Shown in pieces: positions 1 through 9,367 of a stretch of DNA of 64,000 bases. The position numbers were made by a program, and so were the translations under genes. Position 1 is the stretch's first letter; each line of letters starts with the position of its first letter. The stretch covers positions 15,091 to 79,090 of the forward strand of contig JAOAPV010000040.1 in NCBI GenBank assembly GCA_025463055.1, read 5' to 3'. The notes beneath the pieces were generated by a model. That model saw only the letters and a program-made list of their open reading frames with translations, searched no databases and was not told the DNA's origin. The DNA comes from Candidatus Acidiferrum typicum. GTDB lineage: Bacteria > Acidobacteriota > Terriglobia > Acidiferrales > UBA7541.

Positions 1-404
1 ATTGAGCCGCGATGCTCCAGCTTCCGCCGCCACTCAGCGGCATTTGTAAGATTGCCGTTGTGCCCGAGCGCCACTTTACCCTTGTTGCAGTCGATCATGA
101 TGGGCTGCGCGTTCAGCAGCGCCTTATCGCCAGCGGTGGAATAGCGCGTGTGGCCAATCGCCAGATTCCCCGGCAGATTGGTCAACACCGGCGGCGTAAA
201 AATTTCCTCGACTTCGCCCATCGCACGATGCAGGTGCAGTTCCGTGCCGTCGCTGGAAACGATTCCGGCCGATTCCTGCCCGCGATGCTGCAGCGCGTAC
301 AAACCCAGATAGGTCAGTTTCGACGCCTCTTCATGCCCAAACACGCCGAACACACCACATTCGTCGTGAAAACGGTCGTCGGCGTAAGCGAGCTTTTGCG
401 TCAT
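1..404 (-). CDS. purF: amidophosphoribosyltransferase, N-terminal part (gene continues past left edge)
   Basis: Not in the ORF track because it is edge-truncated. My minus-strand translation from ATG 404..402 reads MTQKLAYADDRFHDECGVFGVFGHEEASKLTYLGLYALQHRGQESAGIVSSDG...IGHTRYSTAGD. It has a short propeptide plus catalytic Cys, and the LQHRGQES and GHTRYST motifs typical of PurF. It is adjacent to purL/purQ. Confidence 0.85.
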   Translation of the reverse strand, partial: MTQKLAYADDRFHDECGVFGVFGHEEASKLTYLGLYALQHRGQESAGIVSSDGTELHLHRAMGEVEEIFTPPVLTNLPGNLAIGHTRYSTAGDKALLNAQPIMIDCNKGKVALGHNGNLTNAAEWRRKLEHRGS

Positions 405-435
405 TTCCTCTTGACCGAGCCCTTTTGAACGAAGA

Positions 436-2784
436 TCAGCTAGCCTTGAGAGTGCGTTCCAGCGAATGGGCCCATGTGTCGTGCAGCTTGGCGACGGAAC
501 TGTCGATCACCGCCCTCCCCTTATATTCGATGCGAAAAGCACCGCCGCGGATGACCTGGCCGATCTGCTGCACCGGCACTCCACATTGTCTCGCAGTCTC
601 GAGAACGGCGGCAAGGGAACTTGGCGCGACCGATACAATGGCGCGCGCCCCTCGTTCGCCAAAGAGCGCATATTCAGCCGGGGAAGAATCATGTGGCAGG
701 TTCACCTTGGCCCCCAGTTGCGCCGTCGCACCTTGTGAAACGGCCGCAAAACAGGATTCGGCCAATGTGACGGCGATGCCGCCATCGCTCACGTCGTGCG
801 CCGAACGTACCGACTGGCTGCTCGCCAGCGAAACCAGGCATTCCTGCAGGCGCTTTTCGGCCCCCAGATCAATTGCCGGCGGTTCGCCTGCAACGATTCC
901 GGCAATCGTCTTGGAGTATTCGCTTGAAGAGAACTCCTGCTGGGTGCCTTGTAAGGGCGCAGCATGCTGCGCCCCAGCCACCGAGGTCGATCCATCGAGC
1001 AGGACAATCACGTTGCCCTCTTCGCGAAAACCAATCTTAAGCACGCGCGAAGCGTCTTCGAGAATCCCGAGCACCCCAATCACTGGCGTCGGATAAATCG
1101 ACTTCCCCAGCGTCTCATTGTAGAAGCTGACATTCCCGCCCGTAATCGGCGTGCCCAGTTCATTGCAAGCAACGGTCAAGCCGTCGATCGCTTCGCTGAA
1201 TTGCCACATTACTGCCGGCTTTTCCGGACTCCCGAAATTAAGGCAATTCGTAGCCGCCATGGGACGCGCGCCGCTTGCAGCCACGTTGCGAGCCGCTTCC
1301 GCAACGGCGTGCATAGCACCAACGCGCGGATTCAACTCGCACCAGCGGCCATTGCCGTCTGTCGCAAGAGCCAGCGCCCGCTTCACCGCTCCTGTCTGCG
1401 GATCCTTGATGCGAATCACGGCCGCATCGCTCGCCCCGGGTCCCGCAAGCGTGTTGGTGCGCACCGAGGTGTCGTACTGCTCCGTAATCCATCGCTTTGA
1501 CGCAATCGCAGGTGAACCCAGCAGTTTTGCAAAATTCTCGGTGAGGTTGGTGTCCTCGGCTGAAAACCGAAACCAGTCCACCGCCGTTTCGTTGCGCCTC
1601 GGTGGCTGCCCAATTGGCCGCTGATACACCGGCCCTTCAGCCAAAGGATGCGCCGGAATTTCCGCCGCCAACTTGCCGCGATCCCTCACGCGCAACAGTC
1701 CGCCGTCGGTTACCTCCCCAACAACTACGGCGTCGAGTCCCCACTTCTTGAACACATCCAGAACTTCGCGCTCGCGGCCGTCCTCAGCAACCAGCAGCAT
1801 GCGCTCTTGCGATTCGCTGAGCATGATTTCGTAAGGCGTCATGCCGGATTCGCGTTGCGGAACTTTCGCCAGATCGATTTCGATTCCAGTGCCGCCGCGC
1901 GAAGCCATCTCCGTCGTTGAACACGTCAGCCCCGCCGCGCCCATATCTTGAATCGCAACCACCGAGCCCGTCTGCATCGCTTCCAGACAAGCCTCAAGGA
2001 GCAGCTTTTCCATGAAGGGGTCGCCAACCTGCACATTGGGCCGCTTCTGCTGCGATTCTTCCGTAAACTCCGCGGAAGCTAGCAGAGAAGCACCGTGGAT
2101 TCCATCGCGCCCCGTCTTGGCCCCAACGTAAATCACCGGGTTCCCGGTTCCACGCGCCTTCGCGAAAAATATATCTTCTTTCCTGGCAATTCCCAGCGCG
2201 AGCGCATTGACCAAAGGGTTTTGCGAATAGCAGGGCTCGAACGCGACCTCACCGCCCACAGTTGGCACGCCAAAGCAATTTCCATAGTGCGCAACGCCGC
2301 GAATCACCCCATCGAGAATGCGGCGATTTTTTGCGGCCTCCTCTTCGCTTACGCCTTTGCCGGCGGTAATCGGGCCAAATCGCAGCGAATCGAGCACGGC
2401 CACCGGCCGCGCGCCCATCGTGAAAATATCGCGCAAAATCCCGCCCACACCGGTGGTTGCGCCCTGAAACGGTTCCACGTAACTCGGATGATTGTGCGAT
2501 TCGATTTTGAACGCCGCGACCAGCCCGTCGCCGATGTCCACAACGCCGGCATTCTCGCCCGGGCCTTGCACCACCAGTTTTCCGCGCGTGGGCAACCGCT
2601 TCAGATGCACTTTGCTCGATTTATACGAGCAGTGCTCGCTCCACATCACCGAGAAAATCCCCAACTCCGTGATGTTCGGCTCGCGCCCGAGGATCTGCTT
2701 CACTCGCGCGTATTCCTGCGCGGTAAGGCCATGCTCCGCCGCGATTTCCGGCGTGACTTTGATTTCAGTCGGTGCTGTCGCCAT
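436..2784 (-). CDS. purL: phosphoribosylformylglycinamidine synthase subunit PurL (FGAM synthase II)
   Basis: Track ORF 436..2919. Motifs present: [30 protein letters not shown]. Start moved to MATAPTEIK (ATG at 2784) because the 45 upstream codons read through an intergenic palindromic repeat. Confidence 0.93.
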   Translation of the reverse strand: MATAPTEIKVTPEIAAEHGLTAQEYARVKQILGREPNITELGIFSVMWSEHCSYKSSKVHLKRLPTRGKLVVQGPGENAGVVDIGDGLVAAFKIESHNHPSYVEPFQGATTGVGGILRDIFTMGARPVAVLDSLRFGPITAGKGVSEEEAAKNRRILDGVIRGVAHYGNCFGVPTVGGEVAFEPCYSQNPLVNALALGIARKEDIFFAKARGTGNPVIYVGAKTGRDGIHGASLLASAEFTEESQQKRPNVQVGDPFMEKLLLEACLEAMQTGSVVAIQDMGAAGLTCSTTEMASRGGTGIEIDLAKVPQRESGMTPYEIMLSESQERMLLVAEDGREREVLDVFKKWGLDAVVVGEVTDGGLLRVRDRGKLAAEIPAHPLAEGPVYQRPIGQPPRRNETAVDWFRFSAEDTNLTENFAKLLGSPAIASKRWITEQYDTSVRTNTLAGPGASDAAVIRIKDPQTGAVKRALALATDGNGRWCELNPRVGAMHAVAEAARNVAASGARPMAATNCLNFGSPEKPAVMWQFSEAIDGLTVACNELGTPITGGNVSFYNETLGKSIYPTPVIGVLGILEDASRVLKIGFREEGNVIVLLDGSTSVAGAQHAAPLQGTQQEFSSSEYSKTIAGIVAGEPPAIDLGAEKRLQECLVSLASSQSVRSAHDVSDGGIAVTLAESCFAAVSQGATAQLGAKVNLPHDSSPAEYALFGERGARAIVSVAPSSLAAVLETARQCGVPVQQIGQVIRGGAFRIEYKGRAVIDSSVAKLHDTWAHSLERTLKAS
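955..974. repeat. 20-bp perfect palindrome GGGCGCAGCATGCTGCGCCC inside the purL coding sequence
   Basis: Read directly. The same core recurs at 2804..2825. In purL it encodes ..[10 protein letters not shown].. in-frame. Confidence 0.9.
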
Positions 2785-2803
2785 GTTTGCGTCTAGACTC
2801 AAC

Positions 2804-2825
2804 GGGGCGCAGCATGCTGCGCCCC
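2804..2825. repeat. 22-bp perfect palindrome GGGGCGCAGCATGCTGCGCCCC in the purQ-purL intergenic spacer
   Basis: Read directly. Shares the 20-bp core with 955..974. Can form a hairpin in the polycistronic pur mRNA. Confidence 0.9.
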
Positions 2826-2854
2826 CCGAAGAGAATTCCCCTGTTTCAAAAATT

Positions 2855-3565
2855 TCAAGCAGTCGCCTTTGCCGCGCCCACCAAGGCTTCCACCATCGAC
2901 CGGAAAATGACCAAACCATCGGCGGAGTCCAGCGCAGACTCCACGGCGCGCTCCGGATGTGGCATCAGGCCGGCGACGTTGCGCTCGCGATTGCAGATTC
3001 CCGCAATGTTCGCGATCGAACCATTCGGATTCCCGGCCGCGTCATCCGTCCCATCAGGTGTGGTGTAACGGAAAATGACCTGCCGATTCCTTTCGAGCTC
3101 GGCGAGCGTAGCCTCGTCGCAAGTGTAATTCCCGTCGCTATGCGCGATCGGAATCTTCAGGATCTGCCCGTTGGAAGCAGCATTCGTGAACGGCGTATCG
3201 GTCTGCTCGACCCGAATGTGGACATGCCGGCAGATAAATCTCAAGCCGCTATTGCGCATCATCGCACCCGGCAGCAGACCGGCCTCCAACAAAATCTGAA
3301 AGCCGTTGCAAACGCCCAAGACCATCCCGCCGCTGTTCGCAAATTTGCTGACGGATTTCATTACCGGGGAAAATCGCGCGATGGCTCCGGTGCGCAGGTA
3401 GTCTCCATACGCAAACCCGCCGGGCAAAATAATCGCATCGCAATTGGCAAGGTCCTGCGATTGATGCCAAATAAACTCGACAGGTTTTTTCAGGATGTTG
3501 CTGATGGCGTAAAACGCGTCGTGATCGCAGTTGGAGCCCGGAAAGACAACTACTCCAAATTTCAT
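2855..3565 (-). CDS. purQ: phosphoribosylformylglycinamidine synthase glutaminase subunit PurQ
   Basis: 236 aa. Starts [16 protein letters not shown], has the catalytic Cys in GVCNGFQIL and a C-terminal MPHPER. Lies directly upstream of purL on the same strand. Confidence 0.93.
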   Translation of the reverse strand: MKFGVVVFPGSNCDHDAFYAISNILKKPVEFIWHQSQDLANCDAIILPGGFAYGDYLRTGAIARFSPVMKSVSKFANSGGMVLGVCNGFQILLEAGLLPGAMMRNSGLRFICRHVHIRVEQTDTPFTNAASNGQILKIPIAHSDGNYTCDEATLAELERNRQVIFRYTTPDGTDDAAGNPNGSIANIAGICNRERNVAGLMPHPERAVESALDSADGLVIFRSMVEALVGAAKATA

Positions 3566-3739
3566 GCGCTAATCGCTCCCTGGGGCATCTTGGGAACTTT
3601 TATTTTACCACATCCGCCGCGGGGAATTCTGAGTCTCAGCGGAAACTCTGGTTCAAGGCAACTGATCTGACCAGAACGATTTCGCAATGATTAGCGAGAC
3701 AAGGTTCTCGTGGGAGAAAAGCTTTTGCGTGCAGACGTT

Positions 3740-4120
3740 TCAGTGAGGAAAGTAAGTTTCGCCGCGGAGCAGAGCGCGTATCGCGTCCGGCAGGCACCAC
3801 ATCTCAGATTTAGGGCAGGCGCCCTTGATTCCGACTTTTCGCGCTTCCACCGCTAACTGTCCCGGCAGATGCACCGACAACATCAATATTGCGGCCTTCG
3901 GATGTTCCTTTAATATTTCGCGCGCGGCATCCAGCCCATTCATTTCCGGCATCTCGAAGTCCATTACGGTAACGTCCGGCAGCAAGTCACGAAACTTGCT
4001 GACGGCATCCTTGCCGTTCACCGCTTCGCCGGAAACCTGCCAGGAATCTTGCTGCTCCAGCAACCTAAGTGCTTGCTGGCGCATGAGTTGATTGTCATCG
4101 ACCACAAAAATGTTTGTCAC
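3740..4120 (-). CDS. single-domain CheY-like response regulator (receiver only)
   Basis: Sequence IFVVDDNQLMR...DVTVMDFEMPEMNGL...LMLSVH...KGACPK carries the DD / D / S / K receiver signature. A GTG start at 4120 is chosen so the acidic pocket is kept; the longer ORF to 4180 is possible. No output domain and no adjacent kinase. Confidence 0.75.
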   Translation of the reverse strand: MTNIFVVDDNQLMRQQALRLLEQQDSWQVSGEAVNGKDAVSKFRDLLPDVTVMDFEMPEMNGLDAAREILKEHPKAAILMLSVHLPGQLAVEARKVGIKGACPKSEMWCLPDAIRALLRGETYFPH

Positions 4121-4305
4121 GAAGGCTGCGATCCTCGCTTCGCCGCACGTATGCGAAAACTTACGCCGTTCTGCAACCAATGCAATACAGGATTGACTTG
4201 AGATTTACGGCCCGCGCCGAAGAAAACCCCGTGCCGCATATCCGGTCTTTACCTAATTGCACGATTTTGGCGCCTCGCTATGCTAACCACGGGGCTCGGA
4301 CTAAT

Positions 4306-4581
4306 ATGCTTTCACAATCCTACGACATTTTTAAACGCGACACGGGCGGGGAAGTCTGGGTCGAGGCAGTTCGCGACTTGGAGACTGCAAAGAGCCGGCT
4401 TATAGAGCTGGCCGCGGAAGCGCCTGGGCAGTACGTCATTTTCAGTCAGCGCAGCGGGCGAATGGTCAGCAGCGGGACGGTAGTCGCAAGCCCTGCGGCG
4501 CGTGCTACCAACAAGGAGTCGGAGAAATCGCCGGAGAATTGCGCCGTATCGAAGGCGGGTGGATCGGACACACTCTGTTAG
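4306..4581 (+). CDS. small hypothetical protein, paralog 1 of a tandem pair
   Basis: Internal ATG of ORF 4114..4581 gives MLSQSYDIFKRDTGGEVWVEAVRDLETAKSRLIELAAEAPGQYVIFSQRSG. It aligns with the next gene. Confidence 0.55.
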   Translation: MLSQSYDIFKRDTGGEVWVEAVRDLETAKSRLIELAAEAPGQYVIFSQRSGRMVSSGTVVASPAARATNKESEKSPENCAVSKAGGSDTLC

Positions 4582-4648
4582 AAATTTTTAGGAAGGCAGA
4601 AAGGTCTGCAGGAAGCGGAAGTGAGCGAAGGAAACGCTAAGGAGCCAA

Positions 4649-4879
4649 ATGGATAAAAGTCGCCGTTATGACATCGTTAGAAGGGAAAGCGAGAAAGCTG
4701 CGTTCTGGTTGGAAGGTGCGCCGGAACTAAGCGCCGCAAAAACGCGCGTGGAGGAGCTTCTTTCGTTTTGGCCCGGCGAATATCAGATCTTCGACTTGGA
4801 AACCAAGGAGGCCGTCCTCACAACGTCAGCCCTCTGCGCGGTACCGGGCGCGATGCCCGTCAGTAATTCCGCCGAATAG
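4649..4879 (+). CDS. small hypothetical protein, paralog 2 of a tandem pair
   Basis: 76 aa with a strong SD (AAGGAG, 6 nt upstream). Segment RYDIVRRESEKAAFWLEGAPELSAAKTRVEELLSFWPGEYQIFDLET parallels paralog 1 in the pattern YDI..R..W.E..L..AK.R..EL...PG.Y.IF. Confidence 0.6.
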   Translation: MDKSRRYDIVRRESEKAAFWLEGAPELSAAKTRVEELLSFWPGEYQIFDLETKEAVLTTSALCAVPGAMPVSNSAE

Positions 4880-5024
4880 CTAATCCTGCTAACTTGCCCT
4901 GTCCCTACAAGAGGGCTCGCAGCATCCCGCTGGCCTACGTGGTTCGATCGTCGGCTCGTCGGCTCCCGGGGTACGATTAGAGCAACCAAGAGGTCCCCTT
5001 GTCCGTCTAAGCTGCTACACTAGC

Positions 5025-5330
5025 GTGTGTAACCTTGGACAGATGCACTTCCTTAAGTTTATTTCCGGCAAACGCGCGTTAGCCATTTTAGGCTGCGTTG
5101 CGCTGTTGTATTTCGCCGGTGGAGGCGTTTTTGTCCACCATCATAGCGGCGCACCGGAAAGCGTTTGCCCTGTTTGCCAAGCGCTGCACATGCCGGCCTT
5201 GGCGGCTGCTGCTCTCGATCCGATCCCGCAAGCGCAGCAAGTAGCGTGGCATGCTGTTCTGCCCGATAATGTTTCGCCTTTAGACCCGTTCGCGCTGCAT
5301 CGCGCCTCTCGCGGTCCTCCTTCCGCGTAA
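5025..5330 (+). CDS. small membrane-anchored Cys/His protein (DUF2946-like?) upstream of a TonB-dependent receptor
   Basis: One N-terminal TM (ALAILGCVALLYFAGGGVF) followed by HHHSGAPESVCPVCQALH. Start may be MHFLKF at 5043. The family assignment is a guess based on architecture and position. Confidence 0.4.
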   Translation: MCNLGQMHFLKFISGKRALAILGCVALLYFAGGGVFVHHHSGAPESVCPVCQALHMPALAAAALDPIPQAQQVAWHAVLPDNVSPLDPFALHRASRGPPSA

Positions 5331-5454
5331 ACCCGATTTTCTGCTGATGTCGCTGTTCCTCGCGCGAGCACCACAATGCTCGCGCCGCCGCTTTTGCAAG
5401 CGGTTCCTATCCAACGCCAATCAACGCACATCCCATTTTCGGGTCGGAGGAAAA

Positions 5455-8091
5455 ATGTTACACGGAGTTCGCGGTTATGGATTGCTATTAAGTCTTAGTT
5501 TTTTGTTGAGCATAAGTTTGTTGCTTTTTGCAGTGCCTGCGCACGCTCAGTTGGGGAATTCGGGCTCGATCGAAGGTGTGGTGAAGGATCAATCTGGCGC
5601 ATCTGTGCCGGGAGCGAAGGTCGAGATTACCAATCCCGTCAGCCACTTCCACCGCGAAGCAACTACGGACAACGACGGCAACTTTCGCTTCACGAACGTG
5701 CCGTTTAATCCGTATCACTTGGTCGTTACCGCCCCGGGCTTTGGTTCAATCACTCAGGATGTAGACGTGCGTTCGACGGTTCCGGTGAATCTTCCAGTTG
5801 CCTTGAAGGTCGGTTCGGCAGCATCAACGACGGTTACGGTCGAGGCAAACGGCGGTGACCTGATTGAAAACGAATCCACGTTTCACACCGACGTGGACCA
5901 GGGGCTTATTGATCGGCTTCCTCTAGAAAGCCAATCCTCGTCGGTGACCTCGCTGGTCACTTTAGTGTCTCCTGGCGTAGCAGCGGACTCCAATGGGAAC
6001 ATGCATGGGTTAGGCGATCACGCGCAAAATTCGTTTTCGGTGGACGGCCAACAGATCACCGACCAGACCAGCAAAGTTTTCTCCAACCAAATTCCTGCCG
6101 ATTCCATCCAGTCGCTGGAGGTGATCTCTGGCGCGCCGCCGGCCGAATTTGGAGACAAGACGAGCTTGGTAATCAAGGTCACTACCAAGTCCGGCCTGGG
6201 AGTCACCAAGCCCACAGGCACCATATACAGCTCCTACGGCAGCTTCGGAACGGTCAACGCCGGCTTCGATCTAGCCTACGGAAACCAGAAATGGGGCAAC
6301 TTCATCTCCGCGAACGGCCTGAGGAGCGGACGCTTCCTTGACCCGCCGGAGTTTACGGCGATACACGACAAGGGCAATCAAGAGAACATTTTCGACCGTA
6401 TCGATTACCAGATCTCGCAAAAAGATACGCTCCACGGAAATTTTCAGTACACGCGTTCGTGGTTCCAGACGCCGAACACTTTTGACAATCTCGCTCAGTT
6501 CAATGGTAATCCGGCCGGCAGCACGGATGAGCGTTCCAAGATCGGGACCTTTAATATCGCGCCGGTGTGGACGCGCCTCATCAGTTCATCGGCAGTATTC
6601 ACCTTGGGCGCTTTCGTACGGCGAGACCAATACAACTACTATCCGAGCCCGAATCCGCTGGCCGATTTCGGTCCCATCAATGCGGAAACCATCGCGCAGG
6701 ACCGCAACCTGACCAACGCGGGCTTGCGTTCCGATATTTCTTACGTAAAGGGCATACACAACATAAAAGCGGGCGCGACCTATCAACACACCTTTTTGAA
6801 TGAGAATGACAGCTTGGGAATCGTCGATCCAAATCTTCTGCCGACTACGACGAATCCTGATGGCACCAATTGCTTCGAGGCCACCACGGGCGTCGCCCAA
6901 CCCGGAAGCCCATGCGCAACCCTACTTCCGTTCGACCTGACGCGCCCCGGCGGAGCGCTCTTCGCGTTTCGCGGTCATGCGGACGTCAAGGAAATCTCTC
7001 TATACGTTCAGGACACGATCACGAAAAACAATTGGTCGTTCAACCTGGGCATCCGTGGCGATATGTATCGAGGGCTTTCGTCGGCCAATCAAGCCGAACC
7101 ACGGTTGGGAATTGCTTACAACATCAAGCCAAGTAATACGGTGCTGCGAATCTCCTATGCACGAACGCTGGAGACTCCATTTAACGAGAATCTGATCATC
7201 TCCAGCAGGGGCTGCAATGTGGATGTAATCGCCGCGCTCATTCCGTGCGTTCCAGCGAGCGCGCCTGCGGGATTCAGAAATGAGTTTCACGCGGGCCTGC
7301 AACAAGCCTTCGGGAAATACCTGGTGGTCGATGCCGAGTACATTTGGAAGTACACGCACAATGCATTCGACTTCAGCATTCTCGGCAATACTCCGGTAAC
7401 GTTTCCAATCGTGTGGCACAACTCGAAAATCCCAGGATGGCTGCTTCGCGCCAGCGTGCCGAACTTCCATGGATTCAGCGCGCTGGTGGTTATGTCCAGC
7501 GTGGCCGCTCGCTATTTCCCGCCGCAGGTTGGTGGCTTGGGAGTAACCGTGGGGCAGAGCGGGTCTGTGTTCCGCATCGATCATGACGAAAAGTTCAACC
7601 AGACCACGCACTTGCAGTATCAGCCGTGGAGTCGAGGGCCGTGGCTAGGATTCAATTGGCGCTACGACAGCGGCTTGGTAGCGGGTGCTGTACCATTCGC
7701 GACAGATACAACAACGCCCGTGGATCTGACCGTCTTAACCGCAGACCAGCAGCTACAAGCGGGAATATTTTGCGGTAACCAGTTCCCCACGCTGACGTCG
7801 CCCCTTACAAGCTGTGCTCCCTCGCAACTCGGCGCAACCCGCGTATCGATTCCCGCGGCGGGAACCGAAAACGATGATCACAATCCACCGCGCGTCGCAC
7901 CACGTCATCTGTTTGATTTGGCGGTGGGTCACGACAATCTCTTTCATGGCGACCGCTATAAGTGGAGTCTGCGTTTCACAGTGGTCAACCTGACGAATCA
8001 AGAGGTGTTGTACAACTTCCTGTCCACGTTCAGCGGCACACACTTCGTAAGCCCGCGCTCGGAGTCAGTCGAGCTCGGCTTCCATTTCTAA
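5455..8091 (+). CDS. TonB-dependent receptor with N-terminal carboxypeptidase-regulatory-like domain
   Basis: Start set at MLHGVRGYG (ATG 5455, GGAGG SD). Signal peptide ends AHAQ. CarboxypepD_reg-like segment GSIEGVVKDQSGASVPGAKVEITN...TTDNDGNFRFTNVPFNPYHLVV. Long beta-barrel ends ..VELGFHF. Confidence 0.85.
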   Translation: MLHGVRGYGLLLSLSFLLSISLLLFAVPAHAQLGNSGSIEGVVKDQSGASVPGAKVEITNPVSHFHREATTDNDGNFRFTNVPFNPYHLVVTAPGFGSITQDVDVRSTVPVNLPVALKVGSAASTTVTVEANGGDLIENESTFHTDVDQGLIDRLPLESQSSSVTSLVTLVSPGVAADSNGNMHGLGDHAQNSFSVDGQQITDQTSKVFSNQIPADSIQSLEVISGAPPAEFGDKTSLVIKVTTKSGLGVTKPTGTIYSSYGSFGTVNAGFDLAYGNQKWGNFISANGLRSGRFLDPPEFTAIHDKGNQENIFDRIDYQISQKDTLHGNFQYTRSWFQTPNTFDNLAQFNGNPAGSTDERSKIGTFNIAPVWTRLISSSAVFTLGAFVRRDQYNYYPSPNPLADFGPINAETIAQDRNLTNAGLRSDISYVKGIHNIKAGATYQHTFLNENDSLGIVDPNLLPTTTNPDGTNCFEATTGVAQPGSPCATLLPFDLTRPGGALFAFRGHADVKEISLYVQDTITKNNWSFNLGIRGDMYRGLSSANQAEPRLGIAYNIKPSNTVLRISYARTLETPFNENLIISSRGCNVDVIAALIPCVPASAPAGFRNEFHAGLQQAFGKYLVVDAEYIWKYTHNAFDFSILGNTPVTFPIVWHNSKIPGWLLRASVPNFHGFSALVVMSSVAARYFPPQVGGLGVTVGQSGSVFRIDHDEKFNQTTHLQYQPWSRGPWLGFNWRYDSGLVAGAVPFATDTTTPVDLTVLTADQQLQAGIFCGNQFPTLTSPLTSCAPSQLGATRVSIPAAGTENDDHNPPRVAPRHLFDLAVGHDNLFHGDRYKWSLRFTVVNLTNQEVLYNFLSTFSGTHFVSPRSESVELGFHF

Positions 8092-8115
8092 TCTGCTACA
8101 GCTTCCGTAATCATG

Positions 8116-8147
8116 GGCGGACCGAGGCGGTCCGCCTTCGATTTTTG
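8116..8147 (+). terminator. rho-independent terminator after the TonB receptor gene
   Basis: Stem GGCGGACCG, loop agg, stem CGGTCCGCC (9 bp), followed by TTCGATTTTTG. Confidence 0.75.
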
Positions 8148-8581
8148 TAGACTCTTCTGGTCGTCCGTAACACGCCAGAGTCCGCCTGAAGGTGGAGGGT
8201 GTGACCGGTCTGTACCGTTGCCGTTGCACCCCCCTCCCCCGTTTTTGCATAAGTGTTCATTCTGCGGGTACTTAAAGTCCTTTGTTTTGACACACTTTCA
8301 CAAGTGTTGATTCTAAAGGGACTTATGTGGCGCTACGGAAAACTACTTTGGGATTGAAATTGACGTCACCTGCGCGATCATGCCGCCGCCGTAGCTAACG
8401 TCGCTGTCGTTGTTCTTGTAGCGAAGAGTAAACACAAATGTCTCGAGAAGGGAACGATTTGGGTTGTAAGGGAGTCTCGCGGAAGGCGAGGCGCACTACT
8501 CAACGGAAACAGTATACACGAATAGTAATTCACCGTTCAAGAGAAAATTTAAACGAGTTCGCTGGCGGCGACAGAGGGTGA

Positions 8582-9367
8582 CTAGAAAAGACGGTGGGGA
8601 AGGAGATATGTGAAACCGACGAAGGCTTCCCAGCGGGTGGATGTGCCGGTTAGTCCGCGGTTGAAGCCAACATCCAGCACAAGCGTTTTGCGCGCGGCGT
8701 AACTTACGGCCCACAGATTTCCTACCGTATTGCCGTGCAAGAACGGCTGTGTAAAATGCCAGATTTCGCCTGAGAGCGTGAATTTTCCCTTTAGCGGGTG
8801 TGAAATTGTGAGGCTCTGGCCAAACTGGGCTCTGCGGACGCTTCCTTCCGTGAGTTCGTTGAACATAGCATTCGCGTCGTAGTGAAATCCCTTCACATCC
8901 GCGCTGGCCAAGAGCACAACGGAATTTGCAGAGCTGCCGACGTCAAATTCCGGCGCGCCGCCGTCGTACATGCGATGAAAGTAGCTGACCGCGAGCGCAG
9001 GCTTCGTGCCCTCGCCCGGGCTGACGACTGCTTGCGCCCCTAAAAATACTTCGGCTACGCGGTTTGTGCTTTGTCCCGCGACACGGGAGTGGACGAAAGG
9101 TTCGCTGGACGCGAGAAATTCCAGCCGGGGGTGAATGGAAAATTTCATTATCTCGTTCGGCGCGAAGCGCGATGTAAATTCGGGAGAATGGCTCGCGGCG
9201 GTGAAGCCCGTTTCAAACTGCAAATACCCTGTCGGCGTGAGGGTCGCGGGAGTAGAAACCGTGGGACGACCTGGGTTTGCCTCTGGTGCTACACCCACAG
9301 GGGTCTGCGCGCGGGCTTTCGCCGCGAACAGCGCAAGCGCAGAAAATGCGATAAGAGCGCGATTCAC
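8582..9367 (-). CDS. outer-membrane beta-barrel protein (putative transporter/porin-like)
   Basis: Signal peptide MNRALIAFSALALFAAKARAQ, alternating beta-strand pattern, C-terminal ..LLPHRLF. GTG start overlaps the upstream stop (GTGA). Confidence 0.6.
   Translation of the reverse strand: MNRALIAFSALALFAAKARAQTPVGVAPEANPGRPTVSTPATLTPTGYLQFETGFTAASHSPEFTSRFAPNEIMKFSIHPRLEFLASSEPFVHSRVAGQSTNRVAEVFLGAQAVVSPGEGTKPALAVSYFHRMYDGGAPEFDVGSSANSVVLLASADVKGFHYDANAMFNELTEGSVRRAQFGQSLTISHPLKGKFTLSGEIWHFTQPFLHGNTVGNLWAVSYAARKTLVLDVGFNRGLTGTSTRWEAFVGFTYLLPHRLF

Noticed and set aside
4880-5024. GGTTCGATCG-containing segment that looked briefly like a tRNA T-arm.
   Set aside because: I could not build an acceptor stem, anticodon arm or D-arm around it. 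No tRNA is called anywhere in the window.
5347-5454. N-terminal extensions of track ORFs: the TonB receptor from 5347, gyrA from 20979, purL to 2919, the sialidase-like gene from 42437, the VWA gene from 47099, and the 50329 ORF.
   Set aside because: The extensions lack an SD, read as low-complexity sequence, or run through repeats. In each case a downstream ATG with a good SD and a signal peptide or the conserved N-terminus fits better.
8343-8495. Short minus-strand frame reading ..PYNPNRSLLETFVFTLRYKNNDSDVSYGGGMIAQVTSISIPK*, which resembles a beta-barrel fragment.
   Set aside because: It has no start codon upstream of an internal Met, is only about 50 codons long, and lacks a terminal aromatic residue. 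It may be a gene remnant, but the evidence is too weak to annotate.
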